Both the position numbers and the translations under genes were made by a program. A stretch of 63,863 nucleotides of DNA, filler included, from Globobulimina sp. (lineage: Eukaryota), in assembly GCA_003354225.1 (NCBI GenBank). It is 34 parts of 34 records of this genome, joined end to end, with 100 filler letters (N's around TTAATTAATTAA, not from the genome) between each part and the next. Parts side by side here need not be neighbours in the genome. Positions count along the whole stretch, not along the records: positions 60,204 to 61,983 come from PIVH01012031.1; positions 62,084 to 63,863 come from PIVH01012032.1; 32 more parts are not named here. One strand, written 5' to 3'. Positions 60,204-63,863 of the stretch are shown here, in pieces. Each line of letters opens with the position of its first letter. Positions within the stretch are counted from its first letter, which is position 1. The notes beneath the pieces are model-generated. The model saw nothing but the letters and a program-made list of their open reading frames with translations. It did no database searches and was not told the DNA's origin.

Positions 60204-61812
60204 ATTGCATTTCGATTACTTTCAACGGAAGTGCCTATAAAATATATTTGAAATATAAAATACGTTCATTTTTTTATATATAAAATACCTGGAGCCACTC
60301 CAAAAAATCCATTTTCAGGATTGACTGCGTACAATTTGCCATCGTCACATTTGCGAATCCATGCAATATCATCACCGACACACTCAAGTTTCCAATTTTT
60401 GGCATCATCCATGGTACAAAGCGAGGTCTCCAACATGGCTGAAAAGTTGACATGAAAAGATGTTGAAGTAAAGCGGAAAATGACTCAAGTGGAAAAAACC
60501 CAAACCTAAATTCGTTTTGCCACAAGCGGACGGGAAACAGCCTAGAAAATATTTTTTTCGCCCTTCCGGATTGGTGACACCGATAATTAACATATGCTCA
60601 GCTAACCAGCCTTCGTCGTGGGCGATAAATGAACCTAAGCGTAATGCTAAACATTTTTTGCCTAAAATGGCATTCCCGCCGTAGCCGGAACCATAGCTCC
60701 AAATACGTCTTTCTTCCGGGAAATGTACAATATATTTACTGTCTGCGTTGCATGGCCATGAATCGTCCGGTGTGTCGTCGTTAGGTGGCAATGGAGCGCC
60801 GACCGAATGGACGCAGGGCACCCAACTTTGGCCGTGCTCTTCTTCCAATTCTTCCAACACATCGCCACCCATTCGAGTCATGGTACGCATAGAACAGACG
60901 ACATAGGGACTGTCCGTTACCTTTTTTTGAATGTTTTGAGTTTCAAACTGACTGCAAAAATATCGATATTCCATTGGTAAGTTTCAAACTGAAAATAGTG
61001 TAAAAAAAAATCACGCTTTTTTTTTGTGCGTTTGATTTCGAATATTTTCAGTTTCAAACTAAGCGCCAATTGCAAGTTAAACGCAAATATCAATATTAAA
61101 ATTGTTTGTTTTTGAAGCGGAATTATCTTTTTTTCTAAACTTGTACACCATACATAGCAAATGGTGAGTTTTGCGGTCCCATAGCAAATGGCACGACATA
61201 CTATGTATATTTTATATATTTTGCATTGTGATTTTTATTAATTCTTATTTTAATTAAATACCATAGTTCTTCCACGCATGGAGCCAGCAAACAAATTTTC
61301 CATTTTTATATGCATTTTTTCCGGTTCCTCCCAATTACTTTATGCATTTATAGAATAGGGAGGATATGATTTTGTAGTATGATTTTAATTAACTTTGTAG
61401 GCCCGGCGGAAGCTCGCGATTCAGAACAGATAAAAGTGGCATCTTCGACCCTCGCGGTATCAGACTTCGATGAACGTGCAAGATATGAATTTGGTCGTAA
61501 TGCTGGATTCAATTTTATTAACGTTCCCATTTGAATTTGTTTCGAAAGTATATTTTGATTCTCTTCGTCTGAACCATCACATAAATGGACAGATGACGGC
61601 TGAAAGGTTTGTATTCTCTCATTTATCCATTGTTGTAATGTGTTATTTGTGGTCCATCTTTTCACAAAATCTGTATGCACTTGAAATCTGTAATAGGTTC
61701 TTTTTTGGGTATGCCGATGATGTGGCTGTGGGGAAGCTCGTGATATGGCTGACAGTGAGGGTGTGATTGGTGTTCTACACAGACGTGTTAAGCGTGATAA
61801 CATTCTGTTCAT
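60204..61812 (-). CDS. PCK: GTP-dependent phosphoenolpyruvate carboxykinase, mitochondrial-type presequence, multi-exon, 3' partial
   Basis: [84 protein letters not shown]. Confidence 0.96.
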
Positions 61813-62269
61813 TGTTTCATTTGAAAACCTTGAACTATTAAAAATAAGAGAGGAATACTAAAGTACTAAACTAATTTAGTTAACAGACGAATACTTTTTA
61901 GAAATGTTCACCGTCAGATGACAAACATAAACATATCAAAATAATATATTCAGATTAAAAACAGATTAAGTTACGATACGGTGNNNNNNNNNNNNNNNNN
62001 NNNNNNNNNNNNNNNNNNNNNNNNNNNTTAATTAATTAANNNNNNNNNNNNNNNNNNNNNNNNNNNNNNNNNNNNNNNNNNNNAGTTTTATTCCAAAGTG
62101 AATATAAAATGAGATACAAGTTAGATAAGAAAAAAACAAGTCATTACATTAGGAACTGGTAAAATACATAGTATGCAAATAAATATATATTAGGCAATGA
62201 CTAAAGTACAATACTTAGGAAACAACTAAAATGCTTACGATATGTAAATATCGTCAGATGCCATATTAG

Positions 62270-62409
62270 TTTTTTCGCGATTTTGTCACGGAAAAAATGC
62301 TAAATTTCGCGCTAATTCGCGTTAGAAAGACTATTTTTTGCGCTATTTCGCGTCAAGATTCAAAATTTCGCGCTAAAAATCCCGCGAAATAATACTAGCC
62401 CGAGCCCTG
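62270..62409. mobile_element. Probable end of a hAT-type DNA transposon
   Basis: Cluster of TTCGCG subterminal motifs ending in AGCCCTG (reverse complement of CAGGGCT). Confidence 0.45.
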
Positions 62410-62989
62410 TGTAGCTTCAAAGTAAAAAGAACGGTTGTTGATAAAAGAATGAATCGCGACTGCTTCGATATATTTTATTTTAAAATTGAAACATTATTCA
62501 TCAAGTCGTATATCTTGTACATACATGTATATGCTGATTTATTAGCAAAAGATATTGTTTGTTAGCATTGTTTTTAATTGGCAAAACATATTATTCCATA
62601 ACATATAGTACCTATTTGCGACATTATTCGCCATTTCATCCTATTTGAAAAGAAACAAAAAAAAACAAAAATTGTCGATTTGTAAAATAATACCTACTAA
62701 TTAAAAAGTATTTGATAATAAACCTTAAGCTAATCATACATATGTATTATCATTTTAATTGTAAACCAGTTAATGGGAGATTTTAAACCATGATGAGCGG
62801 CTGTTTTTTCATAATCGATATTAGGAAGGCGTAATGGTTTAATAGTCACCTTGTCCGGCGGTCCAAACGACATTCCTAAAGTACGTTGACCAAACGATAA
62901 GCGAAAACCATTGTTTCTTAATTCGACATTACTGTCCAAGGTCTACAAAAAGAAAGTTTTAAAAAATAAGCACATATGTATGCTGGGGG

Positions 62990-63269
62990 GCATAGCCGTG
63001 GTTGGGGGTGGATGCATACATAGGTAGGTGAGGTGCTCAAGCTCGATGGCCCTTGGGGGGTTCCTGGAAATTTCCCAGGGGGAAACTTTTGACCCGACCC
63101 GCCCGACCCGACATGACTCAAGTCGGGTTTCGGGTCATGTTTTTAAGGGGAGGGTCGGGTCGGGTTGACTCTAATTATTGTCTAAAAAAATGAATTTTTC
63201 CTTCCAAAAATGTAGTTTTTAGGACGTTTTGGACGTTTTTCTAAAGTTTAAAGTCAACCACGGCTATGC
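62990..63269. mobile_element. MITE with 15-bp terminal inverted repeats
   Basis: GCATAGCCGTGGTTG ... CAACCACGGCTATGC; internal ACCCG/CGGGT repeats; no clean TSD. Confidence 0.65.
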
Positions 63270-63527
63270 TATGCTGAGCTGGGGGTTACTGTACTTACAA
63301 TTTTCAATTGTCTCTTGTTGTAATACAAACAACCAATAGCCTCTTTATCCTCATTATGACCGTTCCGTGTCCCTTGCATTCCAAGTTGATCACTTGTCAG
63401 TTGTTCGAATTCGGTTTGTCGTTTGGCGTAATATTGTTGTTGATGTTTATGACAAAACTGAAATAAAAATATTAAATGTGAAGGTTTTAAAAATTAATAT
63501 GTTTATTATTACAGTAGTGCTGGCTGG

Positions 63528-63647
63528 CAGAGTTGAAACTTGACCTGACCCGCCCGACCCGGCCCGACTCAGGCTCGGGTTAGCAAAAGAATTTTCGGGT
63601 CGGGACTCTGGTTTCGGGTCAAAAATCATGACCCGCTTTCAACTCTG
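63528..63647. mobile_element. 120-bp hAT-type MITE with 11-bp TIRs and 8-bp TSD
   Basis: CAGAGTTGAAA ... TTTCAACTCTG flanked by CTGGCTGG at 63520-63527 and 63648-63655. Confidence 0.92.
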
Positions 63648-63727
63648 CTGGCTGGACCAATATCGAATCGAACAAATACAATAACCCTATAGCAATAACA
63701 TAACAATAACAAAAACAATAATTCAAT

Positions 63728-63863
63728 CAGAGTTGGAAACGGGTCAGGATTTTTGACCCAAAACCCGACCCAATAATTGATTTGCTGACCCGAACCGAAA
63801 TTATTTGGTACTGACCCGACCCGACCCGGTTATTAAAAATGTGACCCCAAATCCGACCCGACC
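63728..63863. mobile_element. Related hAT-type element in opposite orientation, truncated by the window end
   Basis: Starts CAGAGTTGGAAACGGGTCAGGATTTTTGACCC, matching the reverse complement of the 63647 end; ACCCG repeats. Confidence 0.8.

Noticed and set aside
1784-62083. Regularly spaced TTAATTAATTAA motif that could look like a repeat array; ORFs ending in XXX-LIN
   Set aside because: Artificial spacer embedded in N runs; ORF ends and gene neighbourhoods across it are meaningless

Overview
This window is not one locus. It is 34 unrelated ~1.78 kb contigs, sorted by length and joined by an artificial ~100-nt N-spacer containing TTAATTAATTAA, so nothing can be inferred across spacers. Most contigs are AT-rich eukaryotic genomic DNA with short GT-AG introns and the standard code. 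Gene content (7TM-RGS proteins, G-alpha, PT-repeat surface proteins, a recurrent GY/F-I...IP..I...I..FY motif) suggests a protist, most plausibly a foraminiferan; this is inference. One contig (15059-16840) and part of another (cdsA, 56444-~56790) are bacterial. Several abrupt gene-to-gene junctions suggest amplified single-cell DNA with chimeras. Recognisable genes include PI3K, PSME4, DUSP, TMX2, arylsulfatase, a PKA-like pseudokinase, M20 and M14 peptidases, G-alpha, GltB, HPRT, GT61, amine oxidase, P4H, EamA, COX15, a Rho GTPase and GTP-PEPCK. Mobile DNA includes a KDZ-type transposase, a LINE RT-RNase H and hAT-type MITEs. The most striking items are: a single-exon fusion of a DhlA-type haloalkane dehalogenase with a crotonase domain ending in peroxisomal SKL; plant-like 7TM-RGS/G-alpha components, including an inverted G-alpha duplication differing almost only at the C-terminal tip; a 57-bp fold-back inside a COX15 intron; and two odd tRNA-like elements. 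All calls are from motif recognition by eye.
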